From: a virus
Lineage: Duplodnaviria; Caudoviricetes
IMG/VR virus record: IMGVR_UViG_3300018421_000026
Span: 1-59,728 of that record
Direction: 5' to 3' (one strand)
Length of the DNA stretch: 59,728 nucleotides
This document shows, piece by piece, positions 9,027 through 19,477 of the stretch. The notes beneath the pieces are model-generated. The model was not told the DNA's origin, did not search any database, and was given only the letters and a program-made list of their open reading frames with translations. The first letter of the stretch is position 1. Each line of letters opens with the position of its first letter. The position numbers were made by a program, and so were the translations under genes.

Positions 9027-10964
9027 TTATAAACCTTGAATAATATCAATCGCTGATGCAATGTCACCTTGTGTCTTTTTATATTGCTGAACTCCAGCAT
9101 TAAATATTTCAAATGCTCTTTGTGCATCTGCTTCTTTATATGTTCCACCACCAACTTTTCTAATGCGGCCATCGTCAGAAATAAAGTATCCAGTTTTTAC
9201 TCCAGTGGCTGACCGTATTGCATTAATATCTGAAGCCTTCTGCTCAAAAGGTTCTGGTTGTGCAGCTAACTCATCAGCTGCTTTCTTTCTTGCAAGCTCT
9301 GCTGCAACACCACGGCGTTCTTCTTCAGCAGCAACCGCAGGCACAGCACCACGGAACACAGTAGCAAGACCTGATTCACCTAACTGAGGTGTTGTTGCAA
9401 GAATAGACATACCAATACGCCGCCGTTCTTCATCACTGTATCCACGGAACGGGTCAAGTTTTTCTTTATAAAAACCAAAGCCTGCCTGAATACCTGAACC
9501 AAGGCTTCTAAGACCACTACCAACTCCTGACATAATTCTATCAATAGCACTTGGCGGCGGTGTCGGTTGCGTAGCCATGGGCATTGCTCTCATTTCCTGC
9601 CTAACTCTTTGCAACGGCGTAGGACTAGGAGTTGTTGGGCTAGGCATAGGTTTAGGTACTGGCTTTTGATTTGCCTGTTGTAACTCATCACGCAAAACAT
9701 TAAATGCTTTTTGTTCTTTGTCGGTAAGCCCTCTATTAATCTTAGGAACAAACTTCTCAATATCTTTTTTAATTTCATCAACAGTGCGACCACCTGTTGC
9801 CAACGCAGAAATACCACCACCTGATTTTAAGCCTGTCATTTGAGCAAGAGCCTGCATAGCTGCTAGTTGTTGAGGTGAGTTTACCGTACCTGTTCTTCCT
9901 AGATTTGTTGAACCCATGGCTTCGGCAAGACCACCAGCTTTTTCTCTCGGCTCTCTAGGTGGTTTGTCTATTTTAGCATTCAGTTCATCAGCTTCGTCAA
10001 TGTCCATTTCCATTTGTTCAAAGTCAGCCTCACTCATACCTGCTGCTTTAGCCATGTCGGCAAGAGAAGCTTGTGGCATACCGCCTACGTTTCTATTTAC
10101 ATGACCACCCTCTTTAAACAATGAAGCAATACCCATAACCTCTTGGAAGGTTGACGGGTCTTGAGTTCGTGTAGTTTCCTGTGTAGGAGCAGCATAAATT
10201 GTTTGCAAGTATTGTTGTGCAAACTTAAATGGGTCATCCTCTTTAAATTCTTGCATCTCAGCCATGATACGTTGTTGCTCCAATGCACGCTGTTCTCTAC
10301 CAACATCTGCACCCAAACCAATTCTTTGTAGCTGTTCGCCAAAGCCTTGCCTGCCAATACCAAGCTGTTGCCCTGTTAGTCGTGCTAATCCAGCTGCACC
10401 TGATGCTTGTCTGGCACGGTCTGCTTCAGCTTGTCGAAGTGCCTGTTGCTGCAGCTGTCCTTCAATACCTGCCATGCCAACAGCAAACTCACCTGCTGCA
10501 CCACCACGAAGAATATCTGCTCTAGCACCTGTTAATGCACCAACACCTGCGCCACCTGCACCAGCACCAATATCCCTCAAAGCACCCTCAAATGCTTGAC
10601 GCTGCGCTAGACGCTGGGCTTCTCCCATAGGTTCAAGAAGCTGTCTTTGGGCAGCAATATCTTCAGAAGTAATACCTGCAGCTGCCTCACGCTGCATTCC
10701 CATTGCTTCTTCAATACCACCTAAAGCAGTCTTATAATAATCTGGTTGTGCAGTTGACAAAGCAAGCAAGGAGGTTTGTGCAGCAAGCTGCGGGTCTGTA
10801 AAGCCTGCAACTCGCTCCCCCCTAAATACTCGTGGTCCTGCCTGAAACTGCTCTTGAAGCGCTCCCAATCCTTCTTCAGCATAAGGTTTAATGGCCTTGT
10901 CAAATCCGCCACCATATTCTCTAACCTTACCTGGTCCACCTAATAAATCTGAAAAGAATCCCAT
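9027..10964 (-). CDS. Internal virion/ejection protein
   Basis: G/A/Q-rich, starts MGFFSDLLGG, RVAGFT..Q motif; podovirus ejection-gene position. Confidence 0.6.
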   Translation of the reverse strand: MGFFSDLLGGPGKVREYGGGFDKAIKPYAEEGLGALQEQFQAGPRVFRGERVAGFTDPQLAAQTSLLALSTAQPDYYKTALGGIEEAMGMQREAAAGITSEDIAAQRQLLEPMGEAQRLAQRQAFEGALRDIGAGAGGAGVGALTGARADILRGGAAGEFAVGMAGIEGQLQQQALRQAEADRARQASGAAGLARLTGQQLGIGRQGFGEQLQRIGLGADVGREQRALEQQRIMAEMQEFKEDDPFKFAQQYLQTIYAAPTQETTRTQDPSTFQEVMGIASLFKEGGHVNRNVGGMPQASLADMAKAAGMSEADFEQMEMDIDEADELNAKIDKPPREPREKAGGLAEAMGSTNLGRTGTVNSPQQLAAMQALAQMTGLKSGGGISALATGGRTVDEIKKDIEKFVPKINRGLTDKEQKAFNVLRDELQQANQKPVPKPMPSPTTPSPTPLQRVRQEMRAMPMATQPTPPPSAIDRIMSGVGSGLRSLGSGIQAGFGFYKEKLDPFRGYSDEERRRIGMSILATTPQLGESGLATVFRGAVPAVAAEEERRGVAAELARKKAADELAAQPEPFEQKASDINAIRSATGVKTGYFISDDGRIRKVGGGTYKEADAQRAFEIFNAGVQQYKKTQGDIASAIDIIQGL

Positions 10965-10966
10965 AG

Positions 10967-11584
10967 CTATACTTCCTTCATAAATTCACGCAATGTTTTT
11001 ACGGCACTAATTTCTTTGGGCTGTTCTTTAGTTCCGTATGCTTGTTGTCTTATTTCTTCTCTAAGTTTATCGAGGCGTGCTGCACCTTCATCTGCATCAC
11101 CACCCCCAATTTCTCTAACTTGATTTGCGTCTACAATATATTCATCTTGACTAATCCGTGCCTCTGTAATGTCACCGCCATTAGCCACATCATATGAAAC
11201 ATTGTCAGACATTCCGTCACCAATTTCTTCCTGAACCATACCAGTTTTACTTCCATCAGTATTTTCTACTTGAGGCAAAGACTGGTCAAGAAGTTTACCA
11301 CCCGCATCCGATGACCCGTTGCCAAGAGCAGACACAGTGTAGGCATCAATTACATAATCATCACCATCTACCTTGCCGCCATCTACCAGACCGCCTTCTT
11401 CTCTATATACAGGAGCAGACATTTGCGGTGGCATAGGAGCAGGTCGCATAGCTTGTTTAGGCATAGCTTGAGCAGCAACCACAGGAATCATATCAGCCAA
11501 ACGAAAGGCACGCTGAAAGCCTGTGGCATCCTCTGTCATGCCCATTCCCTTTAGCTGTAATATGTTTGCAAGACCCTCATACAT
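10967..11584 (-). CDS. Virion-associated protein with a duplicated (D/E)Y(V/I)(I/V)DA..V..(L/I)G.G...G module
   Basis: Two internal repeats plus a GDGMSDNV motif. Confidence 0.6.
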   Translation of the reverse strand: MYEGLANILQLKGMGMTEDATGFQRAFRLADMIPVVAAQAMPKQAMRPAPMPPQMSAPVYREEGGLVDGGKVDGDDYVIDAYTVSALGNGSSDAGGKLLDQSLPQVENTDGSKTGMVQEEIGDGMSDNVSYDVANGGDITEARISQDEYIVDANQVREIGGGDADEGAARLDKLREEIRQQAYGTKEQPKEISAVKTLREFMKEV

Positions 11585-11590
11585 TGTAAT

Positions 11591-11619
11591 ATTATACCCT
11601 ATTTATATCAAATATACCA
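11591..11619 (-). promoter_or_regulatory. sigma70-type late promoter (leaderless)
   Basis: TGGTAT-17-TATAAT, ATG 6 nt downstream. Confidence 0.6.
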
Positions 11620-11624
11620 GCTAC

Positions 11625-11891
11625 CTAGTGGAAATCCACCCATCCACCAGCAGTAGTTGTGTATCCTTTAAACTTAGCCGCACTAATTGCATAGGCTACA
11701 TCGCCCTGCTGCGGTCTACCAATATCAGTAATTGTAACTACTGTATATATCTTTGTTGACGGTGCGCTATCCTGCCGCAAGCTTTCGGTGTCTAGTTCAC
11801 GTGTAAGCTCATTAGCCCAGCGAGTTAAATCTGAGTGTAGCTCATCAGCAGAGGCTGGCTTATTTACAGGATACTTTGGATAATTAGCCAT
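11625..11891 (-). CDS. Hypothetical virion protein
   Basis: Coupled by TAATG to the upstream tail gene. Confidence 0.6.
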   Translation of the reverse strand: MANYPKYPVNKPASADELHSDLTRWANELTRELDTESLRQDSAPSTKIYTVVTITDIGRPQQGDVAYAISAAKFKGYTTTAGGWVDFH

Positions 11892-13732
11892 TATCTTTCA
11901 CCGTCAGGCTGCATAGCCAATCTTACGCTACCCCAGCGCCACTGACCAGCAGCATCTGCAGACACACGAACAACAGACTGTCTACCTCTGGCACGCATAT
12001 TTACCTTTTGTGTGTCAGCATTAATTGTAAACGGACCTTTTTCTTGGAAATCATCTGATGGATACCTGCGTGTCTTAATAGAAAATTTAATTTGCTCGCC
12101 TGTGCTAAATGTATAATCAGGAATAAGTTTATCTGCAAACATTAACTGTTTGCCCTCATCAAGGTCAAATTCTGCAGACTCAATAAATGAAGAGAGGGTT
12201 TGCCCGTCACCAGTATAAATGTCATCAGGCTCGTTGTTCCATACAAGCATGTCGCCTGTTGCAGATGTGCGACCAGTTAAAACAGTAGTGTCAAACACAC
12301 CACGGTCTGCAAACGTAGTAGTAATACCATTTTCAAATAAACTTCCATATACCCATGTTTGTTCTTCGTAGTTATAAATTACATAGGCATTAGGCTCTAG
12401 ACTTTCATCACGTGGATACAGCCAAATAATTTCTTTAAACTCACTGTTAATTCCTGCATACACTTTATCTTTTTGAACCATATTAAAACTTTCAAAAAGA
12501 TGTCGGCGTATCGTACAGGGCATAGTATTAACACGACCATCATACATATAGAAATTATTATCACCCATCCAATAGGACACGCCATCAATGTCTACGGCTG
12601 CATGTGGTGAAATCATACCACAGTTGGAGCCAACCTGTGTAAACCTAAATATAAACGGAGTTCCTACAAACTCCTGAATATACATAGCCTTGTCAGTCCA
12701 AATGTTAATAGTGTTACGTGAACGTATTGCTCCAACAATGCGAGAACCTTCGGTCAAGTTAACAGAGCCTGCAGTATTTGTAGCTGTTGGCTCCCATACT
12801 CTAAAGTTATTTTGGTCAGACCAAGCAACTCTTAATGGTACAATAGTAGTATCATTTGCGCTTACAGAAGCGCCATAGCAAACAACATGTCCATCATTAG
12901 GTGATACAATAAAACTATTTGCATATGGTGCAGTGCCTACAATGCTTGCACGAGCAATAGTATAGTTATTTTCTGAAACATCTAGATATGCAATTTTACT
13001 TTTACGGCGCAAGGCTAGTAGGTCTTCACCATATGTATCAAGTTTCCACTGTGCGCCTTGGAAGACAATATCAGAAGAAGACGCAGGAAAGTTCCAAGCT
13101 TGTTGACCACTCCACACACCTGCGCTATATCCCAAGCCTTGAATATCATTAGACTCTTCATTTGGTATTAAAAGATTTATACTACCATTAGTGCCGCCTA
13201 CATTAGTGGCATTAGCCGTAGCGGTAGCATTTGCAGTAATATAAAAGGCATCCTGTGCGCTTACTAAAGTAATTCCAAACGTTCCGTTAACACTTGTCCC
13301 AGAAAAATTATCTACGCCAACAAATTCAATTCTGTCTCCAACACTAACATTCTGACTAGGGGTATATCCCAAGTTAATTTTAACACTAGCCTTTCCTGCT
13401 GATGTAACAAAATTATTAGATACGCTTGTTGTAGTGGCAATTGGTGTAGAATCTGTTCTGTCTTCGTTTTGGACTACATATAATTGTGTATTAGTGCCAT
13501 ATGCTAAATACTTACGTGTATTATTATCAGTCCATGTAAGAGCATCACGAGCAAAGCCAGATATAGTATCGGTAGAAAACTTTGTGTAACCACGTAAGTT
13601 TTCTGGTTTACCTTCACGAAAGCGCACACGGTTTCCATCAAACCACTTACCCTCTTCGGCATACTTGGTTGACTCCCTATGAAATCCAGGAATAAACTTT
13701 AAATTAAAAAACTGTGTGTCTGTAGAAGCCAT
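11891..13732 (-). CDS. Tail nozzle / DNA stabilization protein (P22 gp10 / T7 gp12-like)
   Basis: 613 aa beta-propeller-like (VAWSDQ, GSNCGMISPHA); position in the tail module. Confidence 0.7.
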   Translation of the reverse strand: MASTDTQFFNLKFIPGFHRESTKYAEEGKWFDGNRVRFREGKPENLRGYTKFSTDTISGFARDALTWTDNNTRKYLAYGTNTQLYVVQNEDRTDSTPIATTTSVSNNFVTSAGKASVKINLGYTPSQNVSVGDRIEFVGVDNFSGTSVNGTFGITLVSAQDAFYITANATATANATNVGGTNGSINLLIPNEESNDIQGLGYSAGVWSGQQAWNFPASSSDIVFQGAQWKLDTYGEDLLALRRKSKIAYLDVSENNYTIARASIVGTAPYANSFIVSPNDGHVVCYGASVSANDTTIVPLRVAWSDQNNFRVWEPTATNTAGSVNLTEGSRIVGAIRSRNTINIWTDKAMYIQEFVGTPFIFRFTQVGSNCGMISPHAAVDIDGVSYWMGDNNFYMYDGRVNTMPCTIRRHLFESFNMVQKDKVYAGINSEFKEIIWLYPRDESLEPNAYVIYNYEEQTWVYGSLFENGITTTFADRGVFDTTVLTGRTSATGDMLVWNNEPDDIYTGDGQTLSSFIESAEFDLDEGKQLMFADKLIPDYTFSTGEQIKFSIKTRRYPSDDFQEKGPFTINADTQKVNMRARGRQSVVRVSADAAGQWRWGSVRLAMQPDGER

Positions 13733-13734
13733 GT

Positions 13735-14025
13735 CTATTCAATAAGTTTTGTTTCTATATCACCCTGCTTTGCCAGCTGTAACAACTCATCTTGCTGCTC
13801 AACCATTCTGTTTCTAAATGATTCAACCGCACCTTGAGTACCTCTGGCAGCATTTGTTTGGGCAACTAAAAGAAGCGGCATCATGGTTACTGCGCAACCC
13901 CACTCCTCTACTTCCTTACCCCCTTGGGGATTTTTGCCTGCTAGTTTTGTAAACCAAGCGCAGTCTAATTGTTTACACGGTTCAAAGTTATGTAACGGAC
14001 ATCCGTTCTTAACATTTAATTCCAT
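13735..14025 (-). CDS. Cys-rich hypothetical protein
   Basis: CPL..C...CAW...WGCA. Confidence 0.6.
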   Translation of the reverse strand: MELNVKNGCPLHNFEPCKQLDCAWFTKLAGKNPQGGKEVEEWGCAVTMMPLLLVAQTNAARGTQGAVESFRNRMVEQQDELLQLAKQGDIETKLIE

Positions 14026-14028
14026 TCA

Positions 14029-15006
14029 TTAATCCTTTTCGCATACAATAAAGTTAACATATTTAACATCCAGATTAAATGAATCTGTGATGGTTACTGT
14101 GTGCGAGTGAGAGCCTAATCCTGAAAGACTGTGAGTATGGCCGCTGGCCGTATTTATTTGAGTTCCGCTTGACTGCATTGTCTTAGTAATATCTACACCT
14201 GCACGACCCATAGTATTTGTATTATTATTTGTGTGACCACCATTTTCGTGATAAATAGTGTCAGGTGCGTAAGTATTCGAACCAGGCCAAGTATATTGAC
14301 CGCCAGCCACTCTGTAATATGCAAAACCTTCGTGTTGGTGGGCGGGTATTTGTGCAGTAGTAATAGCAGTTGAACCAGTGCTTCCTGAAAGGGTTGCTGC
14401 TTCTGTGCTTCCTTGAATAGATACAACAATAGCTGTATTAAACACAGTGGTAAATTCATTGCTACCACCTACCTGTGCGCCGCTGGTTGCGGCATTAACA
14501 ATACGAAGAGCAGCGCCAGCATGAGAGGCAGAGGTAATAACTGTCCAACCTTGCGGTGCAGTATTCTGATTAAATGCTAATCTTGTTCCTGATTCAAAGT
14601 CTCTAATGGCATAGCTGTTAGACCCTTCGGTAGCAATCAATGCTGCGCCATTACCAACAGTAACCTTTGTGCTACCATTGTCCATGATAACATTGTAGCC
14701 GCCTGCAGTTTCATTGTTAACAAAGTAAATTTTTTCTGGTCTGGCAGAATAGCTAACAGTAACATCGGCGGCAAGAGTACCAGTCATTCTAAGGCCAAGA
14801 CTTCTTGCTTGGTCAGGTGAGCCATCATTTGCAGTAAGCGTTACTCCAGTTCCACCAGCACCATCTACATCAACTGCAGTTACACCTGCAACTGCTGCAT
14901 CCACAAGGTCAATCACATTTGTGTTTAATCTATCGCCCCAAGTGTTAGCATTTTCACCAGAGCCTTGTTTCTCTAATTTAATTCTTGAGCTATATGAAGA
15001 AGCCAT
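14029..15006 (-). CDS. Short tail fibre / tail-collar-like protein
   Basis: GEN.NTWG N-terminus, APQGW, H-x-H repeats, C-terminal VKYVNFIVCEKD. Confidence 0.7.
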   Translation of the reverse strand: MASSYSSRIKLEKQGSGENANTWGDRLNTNVIDLVDAAVAGVTAVDVDGAGGTGVTLTANDGSPDQARSLGLRMTGTLAADVTVSYSARPEKIYFVNNETAGGYNVIMDNGSTKVTVGNGAALIATEGSNSYAIRDFESGTRLAFNQNTAPQGWTVITSASHAGAALRIVNAATSGAQVGGSNEFTTVFNTAIVVSIQGSTEAATLSGSTGSTAITTAQIPAHQHEGFAYYRVAGGQYTWPGSNTYAPDTIYHENGGHTNNNTNTMGRAGVDITKTMQSSGTQINTASGHTHSLSGLGSHSHTVTITDSFNLDVKYVNFIVCEKD

Positions 15007-15016
15007 ATCTTAATTC

Positions 15017-15181
15017 CTATTGTTTACCCAACAGTTTCTTTACTGTTTCTGTTTCATAAATTCTGATGCAGACCCACACCAAAGAAGCCAGCGCCGTAAT
15101 GCTAGGCAATATTTGAAAGAAAGCGCCTGCGGTTACACCAAGCGCTCCAAAGTCTAGCACAAGCTTATCTGGTTCATTCAT
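15017..15181 (-). CDS. Small membrane protein, holin-like (54 aa, not in ORF track)
   Basis: Translates to MNEPDKLVLDFGALGVTAGAFFQILPSITALASLVWVCIRIYETETVKKLLGKQ; strong RBS AAGGAG and its own promoter. Confidence 0.7.
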   Translation of the reverse strand: MNEPDKLVLDFGALGVTAGAFFQILPSITALASLVWVCIRIYETETVKKLLGKQ

Positions 15182-15214
15182 TATTTTTCTCCTTGAAAAG
15201 TCTGCAGATTCTAT

Positions 15215-15243
15215 ATTATACCTTATAAACGGCCAGTAAGCAA
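15215..15243 (-). promoter_or_regulatory. sigma70-type late promoter
   Basis: TTGCTT-17-TATAAT. Confidence 0.7.
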
Positions 15244-15429
15244 CTAGTCTGCGTCTGCAATTGTAAGTGTTCCTGCTTCTACTTGGCGCATAATTTCGTC
15301 ATAGTGACGGTTGCCAGCAGCGATGGGGACAACATATCTTTTGCCATCTATTTGACACTCAATGCACTGACCGCCACCGCTATCTTCGGAGGCAACATAC
15401 TGTGCTGATGTAATAATCATTTCATCCAT
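15244..15429 (-). CDS. Small tail-fibre-associated protein (paralog of 17846-18031)
   Basis: Shared VP.AAGNRHYDEI.RQVEAGTLTI..AD. Confidence 0.75.
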   Translation of the reverse strand: MDEMIITSAQYVASEDSGGGQCIECQIDGKRYVVPIAAGNRHYDEIMRQVEAGTLTIADAD

Positions 15430-15432
15430 AAC

Positions 15433-16542
15433 TTATAACTCCGCATCAAAGGCCACATAGGCTGTTGTTGATAGGTAAACTTGAACATAACCAGCTTTGC
15501 CGCCGCTATTATTGTCTGTTAATCCTGTCTGCCCTACAAGCATTCTATGTGTCGTGTTCCAATTTGCATAAGGTAATGTGAGAGAGCTTGCAAGCTGAGT
15601 AGTAGAAGAGCTAGTTGCGCCGTGAACAAACCTATATGCGTTGGTAACTGTGGGACTATCAAGACTTGGAACAGCCCTCATTGTAACGGGAAAATCAATA
15701 ATAAATCTGCTTGATGTATCCGAATGACCATAGGACAACCCTAATCCTGATTCAGAGGCAACTCTGCCATCCGCAGTCATATAATAATACCTCTGACACA
15801 ACGCCAACTCCTCACCAAAGCTGCGATGCTCAAACTCAGATGCAGCACTACCAACTTCAAGTTGAACGCCTGTGATATAAAACTCGTTGCTTGTGCTATC
15901 AAGAAGATTAACCTGACCAGTTACAGACCTAAATGAAGCATCGGCTGTCCAGTCACGATTACCTGAAATAATATCATCTGGGCCAGTAGAAAGATGCCAA
16001 ATAATCCTTGCGCCAACCAAATTATTATCGGCAAAAGCTGCTCCTGCTGTATCGGGATTTATTGTAATTGTTTTCTTTTCCCAAGTATTAGAAGAGTTGA
16101 TTGTGTAAGAATTAGTAAAATTTCTACTGTTACTGTCGAGTTTAAATTGACAACCATATGTTCCCGTTTTATTAGACTTTACCCAAAAAGATAAAACTAC
16201 ATATTTACCAGAAGAAGACCCGTAATTTAAATGTGTTAAATCTTGACCTTCTATAGAGTATTCAAGAGTAGCATTTTCACTCCCAGATGGTGTTGCTGTT
16301 GCTTGCACATCTATTTTAAGTGAGTTTACAAAGTCAGCAGGCGCATCAGAACTCTGGCTTACGTCAACATCAAAGTTATAAGAAGACCCTCTGCCAATCT
16401 TAAATCTATCTAATGTATATCCTGTTCCATTTGTAATAGATATTGTTCCGCCACGCTGATGAACATCCATAGCACCATTAATAATCAGGTTCTTTCGACC
16501 CGATTGATTAGTTCTTTGTGCTAGTTGTCTTGCTTTACTCAT
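15433..16542 (-). CDS. Tail fibre / receptor-binding protein with carbohydrate-binding-like domain (paralog of 18035-19126)
   Basis: NLIINGAM.V.QRG...ITGVQLEVGS.A.EFEHRSFGEELALCQRY...DAEL. Confidence 0.75.
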   Translation of the reverse strand: MSKARQLAQRTNQSGRKNLIINGAMDVHQRGGTISITNGTGYTLDRFKIGRGSSYNFDVDVSQSSDAPADFVNSLKIDVQATATPSGSENATLEYSIEGQDLTHLNYGSSSGKYVVLSFWVKSNKTGTYGCQFKLDSNSRNFTNSYTINSSNTWEKKTITINPDTAGAAFADNNLVGARIIWHLSTGPDDIISGNRDWTADASFRSVTGQVNLLDSTSNEFYITGVQLEVGSAASEFEHRSFGEELALCQRYYYMTADGRVASESGLGLSYGHSDTSSRFIIDFPVTMRAVPSLDSPTVTNAYRFVHGATSSSTTQLASSLTLPYANWNTTHRMLVGQTGLTDNNSGGKAGYVQVYLSTTAYVAFDAEL

Positions 16543-16553
16543 TTCTATCTCCG

Positions 16554-17846
16554 CTATACTCTATACGTAAAACTTAATTGAACTGGTCTAGAATGAACAA
16601 TAGAGCTACCAGAATTAGCTAGAGCAGTAATTTGAGCTACGATTACTGATTGCCCTGCCAAAGGAATTAATACACCACTAGCATTCGTGCCACTCCCAAC
16701 AGCTGAATAAACCATTATCGTTCCTGCTAGTTGTTTATGAATTGTTGAGTTTAATGGAGCAAAAGGAAGGCTTGATAATGTAAAAGAAAAATTATCATCT
16801 CCAACAAGGTTTCCAGAGCCTCCTGTTAATACTACTTCAGCGATACAATAAACTAAATCACCTATTTTAGTATATGTTCCAGTTGAAGATGTAAAACCAG
16901 TTGCAGTGTTATATGCACCCTCTAAAAAGGTATTACTAAAAGCAGGTGTCCAAGTGCCTTTCTCATAATCATCTAGTGCATTAGCCGCAGCAGTATCGCC
17001 ATTAAATGTTAAACCACCACCAGCAAGAACACGCATACGTTCTGTGGTATTTGTATAAAATCCTATTGTTCCTGCAGAGTTATTTGATTTTATAGCTATT
17101 TGATTGTCAAAACTACCACCACTATTTCCTGGACCATAGGCAATAATAAATTTATCATCATCAGTGGTTTCTGTAGTAAATCTATGAATAACAAAATCAT
17201 TCTCTGTAGAATGGTGAAGCTTATGTTTTAAGCTTCCAGAATTAGTTGTTATACCACCATCTACACCAATACTGTCGCCAAATGTACCGCCAGATTTTTT
17301 ACTTACTACATCACCTAAAATAAATTCTTCATATACTACAATGCTTACAATATCACTTGCATCAAGAGCAGACAAACCACCCACAGTATTAGCAGTAGTT
17401 GTGTTGTAGTCATCGCCCTGAACCAAGGCAACACCATTGAGATATACTTCAATCTCTGCATTAGCAGCAAAGGTAATTGTCAGACCGTTATCATCTGACC
17501 CACTAATAGAAGTCTCACCGCCTGAAGCAGTTTTATAGTAACGTCTACGCAAAGCTTCTGTATTTGCTTTGCCAAGGCTAAATATATCATATGCAACAAT
17601 CTCTACAATGTTACCTGCAGACAAAGCATCAAGACCACTAATAGTATTGGCAGTGCCTGTACCATAGTCAGTGCCTGCCACAAGCAGAACACCATTCAAG
17701 TATACATCAACATACTCGCCATCTGTAAACTGTAGCACACGGCCATTATCATCTGCACCAGACAAACTAGTCTCACCGCCTGTGGCAGTGTAGTAGTATC
17801 TAGCACGAACTCCAAGTCCTGCGGGTGATTTACCAATATATGCCAT
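16554..17846 (-). CDS. Tail fibre protein (paralog of 19478-20563)
   Basis: MAYIG start, two VYLNGV.LV.G.DY repeats, TFNGDTAAANALDDYE.GTWTP. Confidence 0.75.
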   Translation of the reverse strand: MAYIGKSPAGLGVRARYYYTATGGETSLSGADDNGRVLQFTDGEYVDVYLNGVLLVAGTDYGTGTANTISGLDALSAGNIVEIVAYDIFSLGKANTEALRRRYYKTASGGETSISGSDDNGLTITFAANAEIEVYLNGVALVQGDDYNTTTANTVGGLSALDASDIVSIVVYEEFILGDVVSKKSGGTFGDSIGVDGGITTNSGSLKHKLHHSTENDFVIHRFTTETTDDDKFIIAYGPGNSGGSFDNQIAIKSNNSAGTIGFYTNTTERMRVLAGGGLTFNGDTAAANALDDYEKGTWTPAFSNTFLEGAYNTATGFTSSTGTYTKIGDLVYCIAEVVLTGGSGNLVGDDNFSFTLSSLPFAPLNSTIHKQLAGTIMVYSAVGSGTNASGVLIPLAGQSVIVAQITALANSGSSIVHSRPVQLSFTYRV

Positions 17847-18031
17847 TAGTCTGCTTCCTGTATAGTTAGAGTTCCTGCTTCTACTTGGCGTATAATTTCG
17901 TCATAGTGGCGGTTGCCAGCAGCGAGAGGTACAAACATTTCAACGCCATCAATAATTGCCTTAATGTTCGTAGCTTCATTAGAAACACTGTCAACTTGAT
18001 ATTGCGCTTCAGTAATATTTATCTCGTCCAT
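17846..18031 (-). CDS. Small tail-fibre-associated protein
   Basis: Paralog of 15244-15429. Confidence 0.75.
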   Translation of the reverse strand: MDEINITEAQYQVDSVSNEATNIKAIIDGVEMFVPLAAGNRHYDEIIRQVEAGTLTIQEAD

Positions 18032-18034
18032 AAT

Positions 18035-19126
18035 TTATAACTCCGCATCAATAAGAAAAGCACTTTCATATGTATCAGTGCTATCATAAAGACAAGCTGC
18101 TCTACCGCCTGTTAAGCTGCCACTAGTTACATTAATATCAAATTCAATTTTATCTGCCTTTAAATATGAAGCATTAAAGGAGGAATATATAGCTGTAACA
18201 CTTCCGTCATATACCCTAAAATGAGATAAAGCACCTGTTTGTTGAAGTGTTAAAGAAGGATTAGCCCTCATCACAACGGGTAATACCATAGCCATCCTGT
18301 ATGCTGAAGTTGTGCTTGCGACAACACCTCGAAGGGGCGGGTTTTTATAATATTGAAAATACCTCTGACACAAAGCCAACTCTTCACCAAAGCTACGATG
18401 CTCAAACTCAGTGGCTACTGAGCCGACTTCGAGTTGAACGCCTGTGATGTAGAACTGGTCATCATCCGCTAGAGAAGAAGGAACACCTACTGCTCTATTT
18501 GCGCTAGTTGCGTTTTCCCAAGCACCCGAAAGCGACCCACTTGTAAAAGTTGTGCCACCCGACATCCACCAGAAAAGAGTTGCACCAATTCCATTATCGT
18601 CATCAAAAGAAGTTCCTGCACCCGTGTCACCTGTCCAAGTAATTATCTTTTTTTCCCAAGTGTTTGCGGCATTAATGGTGTAGCTTTGCGACCACTTTCT
18701 ACTTTTTGCAGCATTAGAAAACTCTACAACATATGTTCCTGTTTTATTTGATTTAATCCAAAAAGAAAGCGTAACTGTTTTTGCATTGGATGTTCCATAA
18801 TCAAGAAAAACAATGTCTTGAGATTCAATGCGCTGCTCAAATGGAATAAAATACTGACTTGCTGATGGGGTAAATGCTCCATTAAGAGTTGCCTTCAAAG
18901 ATTTTTTAAAACCGTTAGGAGCATCTGTAACTTGAGCAAAATCAACAGAACTAGGTCCACTAGCCTCGTAAATAAATCTATCGACTGTATGATACTGATT
19001 ATTACTAGCGAAATTAGTTACGCTCGTCCCACGCTGCGCCACGTTCATAGCACCATTGATAATCAGGTTACGGCGACCTGGCGGTGCTATAGACTTATCT
19101 GCTAGTTGTCGTGCCTGTGAAGCCAT
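18035..19126 (-). CDS. Tail fibre / receptor-binding protein
   Basis: Paralog of 15433-16542. Confidence 0.75.
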   Translation of the reverse strand: MASQARQLADKSIAPPGRRNLIINGAMNVAQRGTSVTNFASNNQYHTVDRFIYEASGPSSVDFAQVTDAPNGFKKSLKATLNGAFTPSASQYFIPFEQRIESQDIVFLDYGTSNAKTVTLSFWIKSNKTGTYVVEFSNAAKSRKWSQSYTINAANTWEKKIITWTGDTGAGTSFDDDNGIGATLFWWMSGGTTFTSGSLSGAWENATSANRAVGVPSSLADDDQFYITGVQLEVGSVATEFEHRSFGEELALCQRYFQYYKNPPLRGVVASTTSAYRMAMVLPVVMRANPSLTLQQTGALSHFRVYDGSVTAIYSSFNASYLKADKIEFDINVTSGSLTGGRAACLYDSTDTYESAFLIDAEL

Positions 19127-19135
19127 TGGTTATCC

Positions 19136-19414
19136 TTATAGGTCTGTTGCTGAATCCATTGCAGTTTCGTAAGCTGACTTGACTGCATCTGTCCATACTG
19201 CATTGCACACAGCCTGGATTGCTGCGTCCTCACCACTGATGTCTGTGTCGCCCCAAGTGTCATCTGTCTTAGTACGGCAGTGCAGAACATGGCGATGGTA
19301 AGTGCGACTGATTTCCTCACCGTCATCTTTTACGATAGTTGCTGTGCGAACTTGGACGTTCTTGTGTTCGCCCCTTACTTCGCAGTCATATTCAAATTCT
19401 TTAGTTAATGCCAT
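19136..19414 (-). CDS. Tail-fibre-associated small protein
   Basis: Strong RBS AAGGAG; VQVR.AT....DG.EISR.YHRHV. Confidence 0.7.
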   Translation of the reverse strand: MALTKEFEYDCEVRGEHKNVQVRTATIVKDDGEEISRTYHRHVLHCRTKTDDTWGDTDISGEDAAIQAVCNAVWTDAVKSAYETAMDSATDL

Positions 19415-19477
19415 TTGTTTTCTCCTTCTATTTATCGTGGCGGAATTGCCACCTGTCCGACCCGACTTCCAGACGGG

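Larger units (their letters stand above)
15269..17925. repeat. 55-nt direct repeat pair (15269-15323 / 17871-17925)
   Basis: 2 mismatches; encodes AAGNRHYDEI.RQVEAGT. Confidence 0.9.
15786..18411. repeat. 54-nt direct repeat pair (15786-15839 / 18358-18411)
   Basis: 3 mismatches; encodes EFEHRSFGEELALCQRY. Confidence 0.9.
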
